DNA from: Moniliella sp. 'wahieum'
Taxonomy: Eukaryota
Reading direction: 5' to 3'
DNA length: 64,000 nucleotides
NCBI GenBank assembly: GCA_003971905.1
Contig: RSEE01000058.1
Coordinates: forward strand, 186,001-250,000
Under the pieces are notes generated by a model. That model saw nothing but the letters and a program-made list of their open reading frames with translations. It did no database searches and was not told the origin of the DNA. Position numbers and translations under genes: made by a program. The stretch's first letter is position 1. Every line of letters starts with the position of its first letter. This document shows, piece after piece, positions 13,580-26,634 of the stretch.

Positions 13580-16500
13580 TTAGAAAATGTTGACTGCAAA
13601 AGGCTGTTGGCTGGACGAGGTGGGCAGCGCGCCGCGTTGGGCCAAGGCCAGAATCTCGTCTCCGACGGCCAGGCGGATATTTTCCGGGGTAGCAGGTGAA
13701 GTGAACTGCCATGTACCTCCATCCTCTTTGCCCCACTCGGTACGCGCCGACGCAAGCGCATCTCGAATCGCCCAAAACACCGAACTGCCCAAAGCCAACG
13801 GCGGTTCACCTACCCCCTTGGACGTCTGGATGGTCCGGAGGACATGTTGCTTCCGCCAAGCGGTTTGGAGGAAGGATATGTTGAGCTGTCGCGGCGTGTC
13901 CAAGAACGCAGGGATCTTCAGGTTGCCCGGTCCAAAGTTGATGGGTTTGCCGGTCGTGGGTGACCACAGCGATTCTTCCATAGTGCTCAGGCCATAGCCT
14001 TGGGTAAACGCCCCTTCCACTTGGCCTACATCAATGCCTGGGTTGATAGAGCGGCCAATGTCCATATGGATGTCGGCGCGACGGATGACATGGTCACCTG
14101 TTAGCAGATCCACCTCCACCTCGCTTAGCGCCGCACCTTGCGTGTAGTAAAAGAACGGTTTCCCCTTTTGCTCCGACGTGGGCGTGCCCCAGACATAGCC
14201 AATTTCCGGCGTGGCATAGTGCCCCACTGCACTCAGCTGCACCCGGTCCAGCCATGCGAGATGACAGACTTGGACAAACGGAACCACCTCTCCCTTGGAA
14301 GAGGTGCGGTAGGGCGCCAAGCGCGCCCGCAGTTGGTCACACGCATTCTTGATCGCCATCCCATTCAAGTCACTTGCCGCACTGGCAGCGGTCGGCGACG
14401 CATTGGCCACCACACTCGTGTTGGTCTCCACAATATGCACCATCTCTACTGGCACACCCAGCTCCGACGCACACACTTGCGCCATCTTGGTGTTGAGTCC
14501 TTGGCCCATCTCCGTACCGCCGTGCGATAAGATACCGACCATCGTGCGAGTGCACATGCACCAGCGCATACGCTTGGTTGAGCGTCTTGAACGTAAAGCT
14601 AATGCCAAACTTGGTGCCCAACATTGCCAGACCCCGTTTGGTCCATCGATGCGACGCATTGAACTGGTCCACCTTGGCGTCGACGGTCGTACTCGCCGCG
14701 CTCCTTGAGCTGCGTTAGCAGCGTAGGCACGTTCCAATCCTCATGCGCTTGCTTGTAGTGCGTAAGCTCGCCCTCCTTGTACAAATTCTTCTCAATCAAC
14801 GTTTCGGCCCGCGTGCCCAAAAAGGCCGCCACCTTGGTCAAAATATCGTGGTTGATAAATAAGCCTTGCGGCCCACCAAACCCACGGAAGGCCGTGTTGG
14901 ATACCGTGTTGGTCTTGCAGATCCACCCGCGGGTACGCAGGTGCGGAATGCGCACACACGAATCAATGTGGAACATGGCGCGCTCCAGCACAGCTTGCGA
15001 CAGGTCTTGGGACCAACCCCCATTGTTGTACACCTCGGCATCGAGACGGACCAGCGTGCCGTCCCGCTTGAACCCGACCCGCCACGTCGCTTTGAAAGGG
15101 TGCCGTTGGCCCGAGAAGAACATATCTTCGTCCCGGTCCAACATGCAGCGCACCGCCCGCCCCACCTTGCGTGCCCCAAGGGCCAATACCGCTGCAAACG
15201 CTGTTGGACGCGACTCTTTCCCTCCAAATCCACCACCCATACGCTTGGTGTGGACTGCAATCCGGTTGTTGGGCACGCCCAGAATGGAGGCGACAAAGGC
15301 TTGCGTCTCATTGGGGTTTTGCGTCGACTGGTACACGTTCATCTCATTGTCCTCCTTGCCAGGAACGATAAGGCACGCGTTCGTCTCCTACTCGTCGGAA
15401 CTTCGAGTTAGCACAGTCACGTAGCAAGCGGGGTGAGGATGGGTGACGGGGATGGGGGGGGGAGCAGGGAACCAGGGACGTACCAGATAAAAGTGTTCTT
15501 GACCTCCCATTCGGGTCTCTCCCTCCAACACATGATCGCAGTCCGACCAGTCTTTGGTGTCTTCAGGCACCGAGCCCGAAACGATTTGGGGGCGAGGGGG
15601 AAGAAGGATTGGGCACGGATGGCATCGTCAATGGTGAGAAGATGAGGCAAATCTTGGTAGTCAATCTTGACGGTCCGTGCTGCCCGCTGGGCAATCGCCT
15701 TGGTTTCTGCAATGACCACTGCAATGACTTGACCAAACGAGTGCACTTCCCCCTGCGCAAAAAACGGCTCGTCCATCGCGGGAGGGGACCAAATATGGCC
15801 ACCAAGGGGGGGAATGTCTTCATCGGTCAAGATGGCTAGAACGCCAGGGATCGCCAACGCGGGCTTCTTGTCAATGCTCAAATCTTGGCATGGGCTTTGG
15901 TGCTCATCACCAGCGCACCGTAGGCCTCGTTCTCTACCTTGGGCATATCGTCCACATACACCGCCTCCCCTGTCACTTGCTTCATGGCTGCCAAGTGGGG
16001 GTACGGCTTGCCCGAAGCAGCGCCCTTCGTCGCCAGCTCAACGCCTTCCAACGACTGACTTCCTTGCGTCACACCGGCTCGCGATGGCTCCGACGTGGGC
16101 AACTCATGCAGTGCCAACGGGTCCCGCACCGCACCGCCATCCTTCAAGGCAGAGGGGGACAAGCCAACTTTTCGCTCACATCGGACCAGAAACGAGCGAA
16201 AAAGCCCAAGGCTAGCGCTTTGCGGTACACGGCCATCCCCCCGGGCACACCAAAGGAAAGTGGGAAGTCCTGGTCTGCCAATAGGGTAAGTGCATGACGA
16301 AACACGTCGGAATGCCCCCACGACTTGGCGACCAAGTAGTCCCCGGTCTTATGAGCGGGGACGGTGGTGGGGGCCATGCCACCGTAGGACAAGCATACAT
16401 CCTGCACTGTGTGCGCCTTGGTGTCCACCGTCACGCTCAGGCAGGCAGTCACAATGGCAATATCGTCATCTTTCCTCTTGGCTTGCTTGTAGGCACGGAT

Positions 16501-18311
16501 GAACTTGGTTGAGCCTGTGGGCGTAGCGAGGGGAACAGAAAGGTGGGTGATGACCCCGGGAGGTAAGCGGGTACGACGGTATCCTAGGAAAAAGTCCCGC
16601 ATCGCACAACTCCCCTCGTGCGTTCCCTCGGGCATCGAGGGATCGATCCAATGCACTTGAGCATCGGCCGCCATCCAAACTGGGTTCAAGTCCGAGATGG
16701 GCGATGCCGTCGCTACATTCCCCCGAGCGTGGCGACGTTGCGGATTTGCGTTGATGCAAAGTGCGCCAAGTTGGCCAGGATGGCTTGTCGCAGTTGGAAC
16801 GGGTATGAGGTAGACACATTCGACTCCACTTGCTGATTGGCCTGCTTGAGCAACCGAATCAGCGATTGAAGCGGAAGACTCGCCCCGATTCGCATCCATC
16901 CCTTGCCGTCATCCACTACAAAGGTCGACAGTTCCTTTAGATGCTCCGAGACGAACAGATTGATCCGCCAGTGCATGTGACGGAACTTGACCTCAATCCC
17001 CGTCTCACTGTTACCAGCACGCAGCTTGGCAAACCCAGCCGCCTTGGCAGTCCCTTCGGATGCAGCTAGTTTGGCATAGAATCGGGTTGCCTCCACCAAC
17101 GATTCCAGAGACCCAGGCCGAAGCCAAAGTGTATGCGTCTCTTGTTCGTCGAGGGCGGTGGGATCCGATGCACCTCCTCCTCTTCCTCCTCCAGATCGTC
17201 ATCCCCATCTGAAGATGCAGAGTGGTAAAAGCTAGGCGGTGTAGGCAGAGAAGTGAACGCCAAGTTATCCGAATCCCAGTCACTGCCCCGTTTCAGCAGA
17301 AAGGGGGGGGAAACAATTTCCGACGCATAGTCGTACGGCTTAAATTCCTTCTGTGCCTCGGCTGACCAAGGATTGATGGGTGCATCGCAGCCATCACGGC
17401 ATCTGGGTTTTCCTTGTTGACACCGTTGGACCCACAAGACCCGTTCGTGGTCTTTGCTCCCTTAACGCGGCAGCATTCATCTCCTTTGGGGCAGGCAGTG
17501 GAGCGGAGAGCAGCTTCCCGTAACAGGGCAGCGTCCTTGTCCTCCTCAGCACTTGCACGCGTAAGTCCCGTCGACGGGGCAGTGGCAAACGTCTTGGCAG
17601 CATCGAGAATAGGGCGGTAGCCGGTGCAGCGGCACAAGTTGCCGTCGAGCGAGTGCTCAATCTCCTCCTCGCTTAACTGGCGGCCTTGAGCATGGGCAGT
17701 GCGGATGGTGGCGTAGAGCGACATGACAATTCCTGGGGTACACTAGTCCCGGAACAATGTTAGCCCATCGCGTACCATTGGGGGGGTAGACAAGCGAGCA
17801 GTAGCAGAAGACGGAAGGAGGAACGTACAAAGCCACATTGACTGCCAAATAGTTTGCCGATGCGTTCTTGGATCGGATGCGGTTGGTCGCTGGATCCAAT
17901 GCCTTCGACAGTCAGGATGTGGGCGCCGTGGCAGGCGAGCAAAGGCAAAAGACAGGCATTGACTGCCCTGTACTCGTATGTGGGGGTAGTTGGTGGCGGA
18001 GACACGGTGGGGGACGCAGGACGGACCTTGCCGAGCACAACGGTGCAGGCACCACAGCCACCTTCGGCGCATCCCAGCTTGGTTCCCGTCAGGCGCGGCA
18101 TGGCGCCCCGGCGCCGGAGCGGAGAAAGTCAAGCAGGGTCTGGTCGGGATCGAAGGCGCCGGGGGGCAGGGTGAGGCGGGTGCGGTTGACAACCAATCGG
18201 AGGGCGCCTCGGGTGGCGCTGGAGGCAGAGGCAGCGGGGCGGAAGGAAGCGGGAGCGGGAGCAGGAGCGCGGGCGGGGCGGCGGCGGCGGGGGGGCGAGA
18301 GCAGTGGGCAT
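13580..18311 (-). CDS. XDH: Xanthine dehydrogenase (2Fe-2S/FAD/molybdopterin)
   Basis: [87 protein letters not shown]. Introns at ~17743-17828 and ~15389-15483, both with GTACGT donors. Confidence 0.97.
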
Positions 18312-18917
18312 GGCGCTGGAGGCGGTCGAGCCGCGGAGAGGGCAGAGGGAGGCGGTGGGGGCAGCGCGCGTCGATGGGGCGGGAAGGATTTATGCGTTGT
18401 GGCAACCAGCAGGAAGCAGATGTTGATAGCAGGCGTGGGGCCCGTGGCCAGAGCCTCGTGACTAGTGACTGCCGGGCACCGGCCCCGTGCCTGTCGGATG
18501 GGCTCCCGCCGCTGCCGAGCGCCCCAATCGGGCGGCTTGGCAGGCGCCTCGCCAGTGTATGCGGTTTACCCCGCCTCCGAGCCAGCCACGGGGAATTGGC
18601 AACCACGCCATTGATAATCAAAGCAGCCTGCCTCGGTGTTGCATCCGCCGCTTCCGAATGAGTAATGGACACCCACAGTCGAGTCATCCCCATCCCCATC
18701 CCCATCCCCATCCCCATCCAGTGTGGTGCGCGGGACGCCCTTCAAGCTTCAAGCTTCATGCCTGGAATATATTGACTGGCCTGTGCCTGGTTCTCCAAAT
18801 ACCAAGACCGACCCACACCAGCGACTCGCCACAGCGCTGTCGACCCTAGCTCGGCCGCGCTACGTCGCCCCCCTCGGCTCCATGGACAATACATTACATT
18901 CGCGAGGACAAGTGGGA

Positions 18918-19760
18918 TTAGGGGGCCAATAGCTCTGGGTGCTGAACGTAGCATTCCGCATCGGAGTGACCAGGGACTTTGTGGTACCAGCAAAACTTAG
19001 TGCGCCGTTGGCTGGGTCGCTTTGCTTTCGTCTTCTTTGGGCGAGGGATGTAGTGGTTGGTCAAGGCAAAAGTAGAAACCAGGTCTGCACCGAGACCGAG
19101 GGAGCATAGAGCCTCGGTACGGGATTGACCGGAATTATGGTGCAGACGCAGCATCAAAACGGCCTTCGGTAGGACATCACCAAGCGGCGCCATGCGTCCT
19201 CGTCCAACGACACGCCATAGCCCGCTCCCTGCTGCACCAAGCATTCCAATCGACCGTTGAACTGGGCCGCATTTTCCCCCGTGCGCGGAGCCAGGGTCTC
19301 AATCCGGTTCCGGAGCTGGCGCTCACGTTCGGCGGGCGAAGGCACGTACGCAGAGCTAAGCAGAGTGGTGTATATCTTGTGGGCAGAAACCGTCGAACGT
19401 GTAAGATAGTTCCTCGCTCAAGTGCGCCATAAGAGCGTGAGGCAGTAACTGGTCAATGTAATGCTGCTCTGGGGTAGTGGGGCCATCCACCACGATCCCC
19501 CGAAACCCGTGAAGGAGCAGCACCCGACGAAGCTCCCTGTCAAAGTCTAGCCACGTCGTGGGGTTCCCCGTAAACTTGGTGATCTTGGCTACACGCACCG
19601 CCTCAATAGCATCTTTCACGAATAAAACAGAGAAGATATCGTCCTGGGAGGACGGGGCCGGGAGGGACGCATCAGAGGGCGGCTGGTGCGGGCCAATAGG
19701 CAGAGCAGTCGCACTGAGAGTGCTTACCGATATCGCACTGGAACTGCGTACAGACGTCAC
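18918..19760 (-). mobile_element. Ty1/copia-type retrotransposon Gag, apparently without pol
   Basis: Three frameshift-joined ORFs: ITKFTGNPTTWLDFDRELRRVLLLHGFRGIVVDG (copia gag N-terminal pattern); LRNRIETLAPRTGENAAQFNGRLECLVQQGAGYGVSLDEDAWRRLV (UBN2-like); knuckle CWYHKVPGHSDAECYVQHPEL followed by a stop. Recognised by eye, not by HMM. Confidence 0.75.
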
Positions 19761-20474
19761 ATGGGACTGCGTACAGGCGTAACACTGGTACTGGGTTCAA
19801 ATGTCACACTGGGACGGCTTGCCCACAGATTCCGGTCCAAACAGGGCTTCCACGATGGAGACAGTGAGGCGCCTCTTGAGGGTGCTCGACAGTGAGGAAA
19901 AGTAAGAAGAGGAACTTTGTCTGCGCATCGCCACTGCGGAAAGCCGCTATAGCCGATGCGCCGCTGTACCTATGGGACGCTTGAAGGTACGCGAGGAAGG
20001 GGGAATGAAGGGAGAATGGGTCCGTCTTTGGGCTGGCTGTGGCGGTTCGGGTGGGACTGAAGTGTCGATCGGGGCGGCGGACGTGCAACGAGAGCCAGTA
20101 GGGCGGAAACAGTGTCCATGGCTTGGGTGTCTTTGGCATTGCCATGGACCAGAGGGGTGTGCATTCCCCAAGTGGGCCATGATGGGGTGGGGGGGGGGGG
20201 CGGCGTCAACGGTGAGGTTAGATGGTAGATGGATTCCAGAAGAAGCGTGTCCATAGGGGCAAGCTACAAAGGGGAGAGCAGCACGAGGATTACGTAAGGT
20301 ATTTGCGGTATTTGCCATCTCGTCACGCCGACCCCAATCCCCCCATCATTCCCCACTCCTCTCCCAGACGGGCTCTACGCCCGTATCAGGCCTCAGGTTG
20401 CCTCATCCGGGCGAGCGGATAATCGTAAGCGGTCACGGTGACTCTTGTGCATCGGTATCCCCTCACGCATTAAA

Positions 20475-22733
20475 TTAGTCTGCCATCACCACTTTCTCCA
20501 GCTCGGCTAGCTCCGCAAGGGCCTCATCCGTAGCCCCCGCACTGGCCCGCGTACCCAGTGCGGTCTGCAGATGCCTCCTCCCAGCTCGCAAAGCCTCGAG
20601 CGTTGTTCCCCGCTCCTCGTCCCAGACGACCGACGGCATCGCCCGCAGCGCACCCGCACTGGCCCGCACTACCTTGGCGTTCCCGCCCGCAGCAAGATTA
20701 CTTTCCAGCGCCCGACGCAGCTCCCTCAGCTCAGGGTAGACGCACAGTGCAGCCCCCTGAGTCTGGACCGCACGCTGCGCGGCCGCCGCTGCGTTCCAAC
20801 GCATCTTTGGCGTTCGGGACTGCACAGCGACCGAAAGTTGGTGCAGCGCATAGCCCACTCGTTCGTCTTTTCCTCCAAAACGGCAGAGCAGCAGTCCCGT
20901 TGCGCGCACGGCATTCGTGCCCACCCGTTCGGAGAGCAAGATCCAAGGACTGATCAGGGCAAGAAGGGACACGTCCACCGCGATCGGAGCTTCGAGCGTA
21001 TTGGCCATTGCCCAGGTCAGTTGCGCGGCCATTTCCAATTGCGCAGGGTCGCGTTGGACGGAAGTGGTGACGTCCGTAGCGTGGGAGAGGAGAATGGTCC
21101 AGCTGACTTGCAGCACACGTTGGTCCGTGGAAGTCAAGGGCGAAGGCGTAGAGAGGAGGGTCTGCGCCTCGACGCCAAGGGTATGGAATACGCCGCCGCG
21201 CACTCTTGCGGCGCGGAGGGGGTCGGTGAACCAACGGAGACAATGTAAGACTTGGTCCGTATCGATGTGGTATGCAAGGAGTAACCGTGCTCCACACTGT
21301 CCTGCCAACTGTTGCGATTCGGCCGGCACCGAGTTATCGAGACACGTCTGCATCGTGGCCAGCGCATGTCGTGCTAAACTTGCGTGGGAAAAGGGCCAGC
21401 GATGCTGCATTGAGCTCCACAGTGCGCGCAACGCCCATTCCCCCGGACTCGCTGCCTCCACTTGATGCAGAAAACAAGCTTGTTGCGCCTCGGTCCACAC
21501 GGGAAGCCCCACCAACGCCGTGAGAAACGTCCATCCATCTTCGTCTCTCCCTTGGAACGAGGCCAAGGCGTCGTCCAGAACCTGGGGAAGCACCGTGGGC
21601 TGAGCAGACTCCTCCCCCAACACCTTGAGCAACTCCCATGCCCGGACAGCCACCACGGGAGGCGCTTCGTTCACTGCCTTGGTCAGCGCAGGCGCAAGGA
21701 CCGTACGGTGCGGGACCTTGAGCTTGACTTTGCTGGCCTTACGGATCAGTACCTCTGCCACATCGAGATAGGCCAAGGTCAACTTGGTCGGCCCTTGGAT
21801 CGTCTGTTCCACCCCCTGCCGCGGCGGCACGAATGGAGACGAGGACCAACGCGGCCTGCGCAGAAAGCGAGGTGAATGCATATCCTTTTCCAGACCTGAT
21901 GGGAAAACAGTTAGTTAGAGCGAAGCAAACGACGACCGAGGTGCGCAGACAAGGGGGGGGGATATTCACCTTTCGTCGGCCAGTTGAAGGTACTTTCCCG
22001 CCTGGGCCGCAAGCAGCAAGGCGTGAATGCACTGCACGGCGCTCAATCGAACGGGGGTCGAAGGGTCCTCCAAGCCCATCTGGAGCAAACTTAGCTTGGC
22101 CTTTGGGCGGGAAGAGGAACGACCAATCCCCATTCCCATCCCCATTCCCATCCCCATCCCCATCACGCCGGCCGATGGGCTCGCTCGTCCCCGCGGAGAG
22201 GGGAGCGTCCCTACCAGTTGGGGCAAATGCGCAAACAGGGACCGGGGTGCAGATGCACGCCAGGCTGAGATGCAAGCCACAATGTGAGAGCGTACCGCAC
22301 GCTTGAGCGTGGCGACATTGACGTTGGCGTTGGCGTTGGCGTTGGCGTTGGCGTTGGCGTTGGATTCCTCCCGCTCGTCTTGGTCCACGGCAAATGCATA
22401 CGCGTCGGACCAAGCTTGCACCGCATCGGCCGTGTCGAGGGGAGAGAAGCTAAGTCCAGGAACGGACAGTGCAGCCTCCTGGACGCGCATCCACGCGGCC
22501 AAACTGCGGGCTAGCGTCGTAGTTGCCACCTCGGACGAAGGGAGACGGAGGAGAGTGTGTACCCGCGCCGCGGCCTGCACCACCACGTACCGACTTGTCT
22601 CCAGGTCGGACGCGGGGAGCGTGCGGACCACCGCGGCGCACGCCGACCGCAGCTTCTCCCCGGGCGGAAGGGAGAGCGCGTCTTGCAACACAACGCGCGT
22701 GGCGGCGGCAGAGGGGACATGATCCCTGCTCAT
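20475..22733 (-). CDS. HEAT repeat-containing protein 6-like (DUF4042)
   Basis: LEDPSTPVRLSAVQCIHALL...YLQLADER|intron ~21891-21968|KGYAFTSLS. C-terminal VGTNAVRATG, PKMRWNAA and NAKVVRASAGAL resemble HEATR6 motifs. Confidence 0.72.
22325..22362. repeat. (TTGGCG)n microsatellite encoding (NA)n in the HEATR6-like protein
   Basis: About 6 perfect copies, translated NANANANANANA on the minus strand. Confidence 0.9.
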
Positions 22734-25055
22734 CCCGGCGGGCGACCAGATGGACTGCCCATGGGCTGGGCGCGAGCGAGTGGGATTGGCCCAGCCAGCA
22801 GCAGCCATCCAACGCCAAGTGGGACGCGAGGCCGCGGAATGGCGCTTGCGGGCGGAATGGCAATTCGAGGGAATGGACTGGCCAGTCCAGCCTGGACTTG
22901 AGGCTGTTCTTCATGTGCGGCAGCACGTGATGCGTTCCCACACTCCGTCGTGGAAGCCGCCGCTGTAGCAGGCTGGAGAGCTCGCGTGCAATGCAAATCA
23001 ACTCCCATGCTACAGGCTTGCAATAGGTTAAACGTTAAGCTTTAAGGACCTGTGTGCACCGCAAGAGGAAAGGAAAGAGTCAACGAAAGCGTTTTGGTCC
23101 CTGGCGAAAGAAGGATGGAGGGGAACGAGGCGGGCTGCTATCTGGATTCAGGGCACACGCTCATGTGAGCTGCCGTACACGCACAATTCCACGGGGATTC
23201 TATATGCCTACTGTGGTTGCTACCTACACGTTGTGCTGCACTCGTCCCACGACCAAAAAGGCTGGCGCCGCTGCCGTCGACTGTGCTGCTCATGACGAAT
23301 GAGTACTGAGTTTGGACCGTCAGCCGTTGGCCCCATAGATACCTGGTCAATGTAGTTAGTCCAGCCCAAGTTGGGAGTGCTCGGGAGGACCCAAGGCAGG
23401 AGGAGGGGCATGATGCGTGAAGTTCGGCCTGTGCTGGGAGGGGCTGTGGCAGATTGCATGTGTACAGCAGGGGGGGGGAAAGGTTGAACGTTGGCGGATG
23501 GAGGAAGGGGGGAGCTGTGTGGTTGATGGCGGTGTGGGAGGTTGCGAGAAAGAGAGAGAGGAGGCTCAGTTGGCCACGTGCTGTGTGCGAGTGTTGGGAT
23601 GCGAGTGCGCCAGGGCTGGCCAGCGCCTGCCAGCGCCCGCTCAGGAATTGAAATGTAGAGGCTGGCATCCCCGGTGCAAGGGGGCGCGCAGAGGGTGAGC
23701 GGCGAGCGGTGCCTAGGGTGACCGGTGACTAGCTACTAAAACCTTAGTGGGTGCTACGCTAGACTCGCTGGGATGTGGCGGGGGCCCAGCCAGTGGCGGT
23801 GGGCTTTGCTGGGTTGCCCAACCCATCTACGCTCTGGGCGCGGGTGGGCGGGTGCCCCCCTGGCGCGGTGCGTGCGCGAGGAATTCGATTGGTTCGGGGT
23901 TGGCGTGTGGGTTGTGGAGAAGACGGAGGTGTGCTACGCTTTCAGTTGCAACTTGACTAGCTTGACTAGCTTCAGCGGGCGTATTCATATCCTATCTTTG
24001 TCTCAGCCCGACATCCCGAACACGCGCGATAAGGGCTGGGCAGGCACGAGCGCAGAGCAGGAGATTTCCGAAGCCAGCCACCGGAAAAACAGCAGGCGGG
24101 CTGGGCGATGATCGATCGATGAGAGCGGGAGGCCTGAGGCCTGAGGCTCAGGAGACTGGTTGCCTGGCCAGGAAGATCGAGGCGGCGCGCACCACGCCGC
24201 ACCTGGCAGCATCCCCCCTGTGTCCCGCTCGTTCGTCCGCCTACGCCGCCAGCAACCCAGCACCCAGCAGCGAGCCAACTCGAGCTGAGAAGGGCAGAAC
24301 AAATCCGGTGGGGCTTGGAGCGTTGGCCTTTGGCACTGTCTCGACAGCCGAGGCAGCCGGGCGCTCGGGGCCAGACCTCCTGGTCGCACGGGGGCCCAAA
24401 TGTGTTTCTCCAGCGCCTTCAGCTTCAGCTTCGGCTTCAGCTTCAGCCTGCCAGGTACGGTGGCACGGTGGCCTGTGCCATCCCGCCTCGCTGCTGCGGC
24501 TGCTCAGTGCTTTCCCCGCCATCGACACAGTTCCGCCCGTTTTCCCCGTTGCGTGCGTGGGACAGTGGGGACAGCCAACCCGACTGGCCAAACTTGCTGT
24601 GCAATTTCGCCACTCCTCCGCACGCCGCCGCCTCAGGGGACAAGACAGAGCCCAGTTGCTTGGTGAATTCCTCTTAAATCACCTCCACCACCCTCGGCCG
24701 CCCTCCTTCTTTCCGCCCTGGCCCGTCATCGACATTTTGCACATCCGCTGCAGCACGCGTTGACGCTGACGTTGCCGCTGTCTCTGTTGTTGCTGTTGCT
24801 GTTGCTGTTGCGATTGCACTTGCCCTTGTTGCCTCTGCCCCTGCCACTGCCCCTGCATCTGCATCTGTTGGTACCCCCCACCCTGCACCTTTCCTCCTCC
24901 AATGGTGAACATTACGTGCGTACTGCTTGCTGCTTTTGCAACCCTCCGACACAGTGGGCCCTTGACTGACCCCGATCATCTACAGTTATGGGCTGCTATA
25001 TGCCCCCGATGGAACGGTCAACACGTCCCGTCTTCTCTCGGCGCAGGGAACAGAC

Positions 25056-26634
25056 ATGATTGTCACCTACGGAGACGGTCAGATTGCCGCCTATAGTCCC
25101 GGCGACATTGCCTGGGTCCTCACCTGCACTGCCCTGGTCTGGCTCATGATTCCCGGACTGGGCTATCTGTACTCCGGTCTGGCCCGGCGCAAAAATGCAC
25201 TCCACCTGCTCATGATCACCATTGTTGCGCTTGCCATCGTGACGCTGCAGTGGTTCCTGGGTGGCTACTCGCTTGTCTTTGCTCCCAAATCGTCCAACTT
25301 TTGGGGGACGTTGACCAACTTTGGGTTTATGCATGTCCTTGGAGAGCCCGTCGCTGCTGCCAACAACAAGTTGCCCAACATTGTGTTCTCCATGTACGAG
25401 GTATGTTCCCCCGCCTTTGTCTCCTAACCGTAACCTCCTTCGATGAACTGGGCTGACAAGCAGATGCAATGCAGCTCATGTTTGCCTGTCTGGTGCCGGC
25501 CATTGCGTTGGGGGCCGCCTGCGACCGGGCGCGTCTCTGGCCCTTTTCATCTTCACCTTCTTTTGGACCACATTCGTGTACGACCCGATCGCCATGTGGA
25601 TTTGGAATCCGAACGGGTGGCTGTCAAGTGGGGCATTCTGGACTACGCCGGTGGTGGTCCCGTTGAAATCAGTAGTGGAATTACGGGAACGGTCATCTCC
25701 ATCTACCTCGGTCATCGGTACGGCTACGGAACGGAAAAGTTGCTGTTTAAACCGCACAGTGTCTCCAACGTTGTCCTGGGCACGGTCCTGCTCTGGGTCG
25801 GCTGGCTCGGATTCAATGGTGGCTCCACTTTTGCTGCCAACCTACGTGCCGGCATGGCCATTGCGACGACCAACTTGGCTGGCTCGGTGGCCGGTTGACC
25901 TGGATGGTGATGGACTACCGTTTGGAACGCAAATGGTCTGTTGTTGGGTTTTGCACAGGTGCCATTGCGGGCTTGGTCGCCATCACACCAGCTGCTGGGT
26001 TTGTTGGCATACCAGCTGCACTGTTGATTGGCGTCGTGGCTGCGTTTTGCTGCAACTTGTGCACCGGGCTGAAAATCTGGTTCGGGTGGACGATGCGATG
26101 GATGTGTTTGCCGTCCATGCCTTGGCCGGCGTGATTGGCCTGCTTCTCACAGGCATCTTTGCCCAAAAGAGCGTGGCTAACAATGATGGTTACCTTGCCA
26201 TCAAGGGCGGTTGGCTCGATGGCCACTTTGTCCAGCTGCCATTGCAACTGGCCTGGTGCGCTGTCACCATCTGCTGGAACGTCGTCGTCACGTTCCTTCT
26301 CCTCTTTGTGATTGACCACACCCCCTACATTGGCCCTTTCCGTCCCTCGGAGCTGGGCGAGATTGTGGGCATGGATGTGGACCAATGCGGTGAGGCAGCG
26401 TACGACTTTGACGAGGCACTGGAGACTGAGCTCGGGCACCGCATTAGTCGGATCGAGTCGCGTGCTCCTCGGGATGTGGAGAAGTCAGCCGGGAGCGAGG
26501 GGACCGAACCGGATCGCAAGCAACCGCCTGCCTCTGTTCGTACCTACCACACCGACGTACCCCCAACCCACTCAGCGTCCAAGCCCCTTCGACAGATGCG
26601 ACTGAGATTCACCCCTCAATCTCAAGACGCCTGA
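25056..26634 (+). CDS. Ammonium transporter, Amt/Mep family (Glu/His pore type)
   Basis: GDIAWVLTCTALVWLMIPGLGYLYSGLARRKNAL, YDPIAMWIW, LDYAGGGPVEISSG, LWVGWLGFNGGS, GLVAITPAAGFV, DDAMDVFAVHA, GMDVDQCGEAAY. Intron ~25401-25469. Confidence 0.96.

Noticed and set aside
13580..26634. XDH plus ammonium transporter as a nitrogen-assimilation cluster
   Set aside because: They are separated by gag and HEATR6-like genes, no other purine catabolism genes are present, and I saw no clear GATAA clustering.
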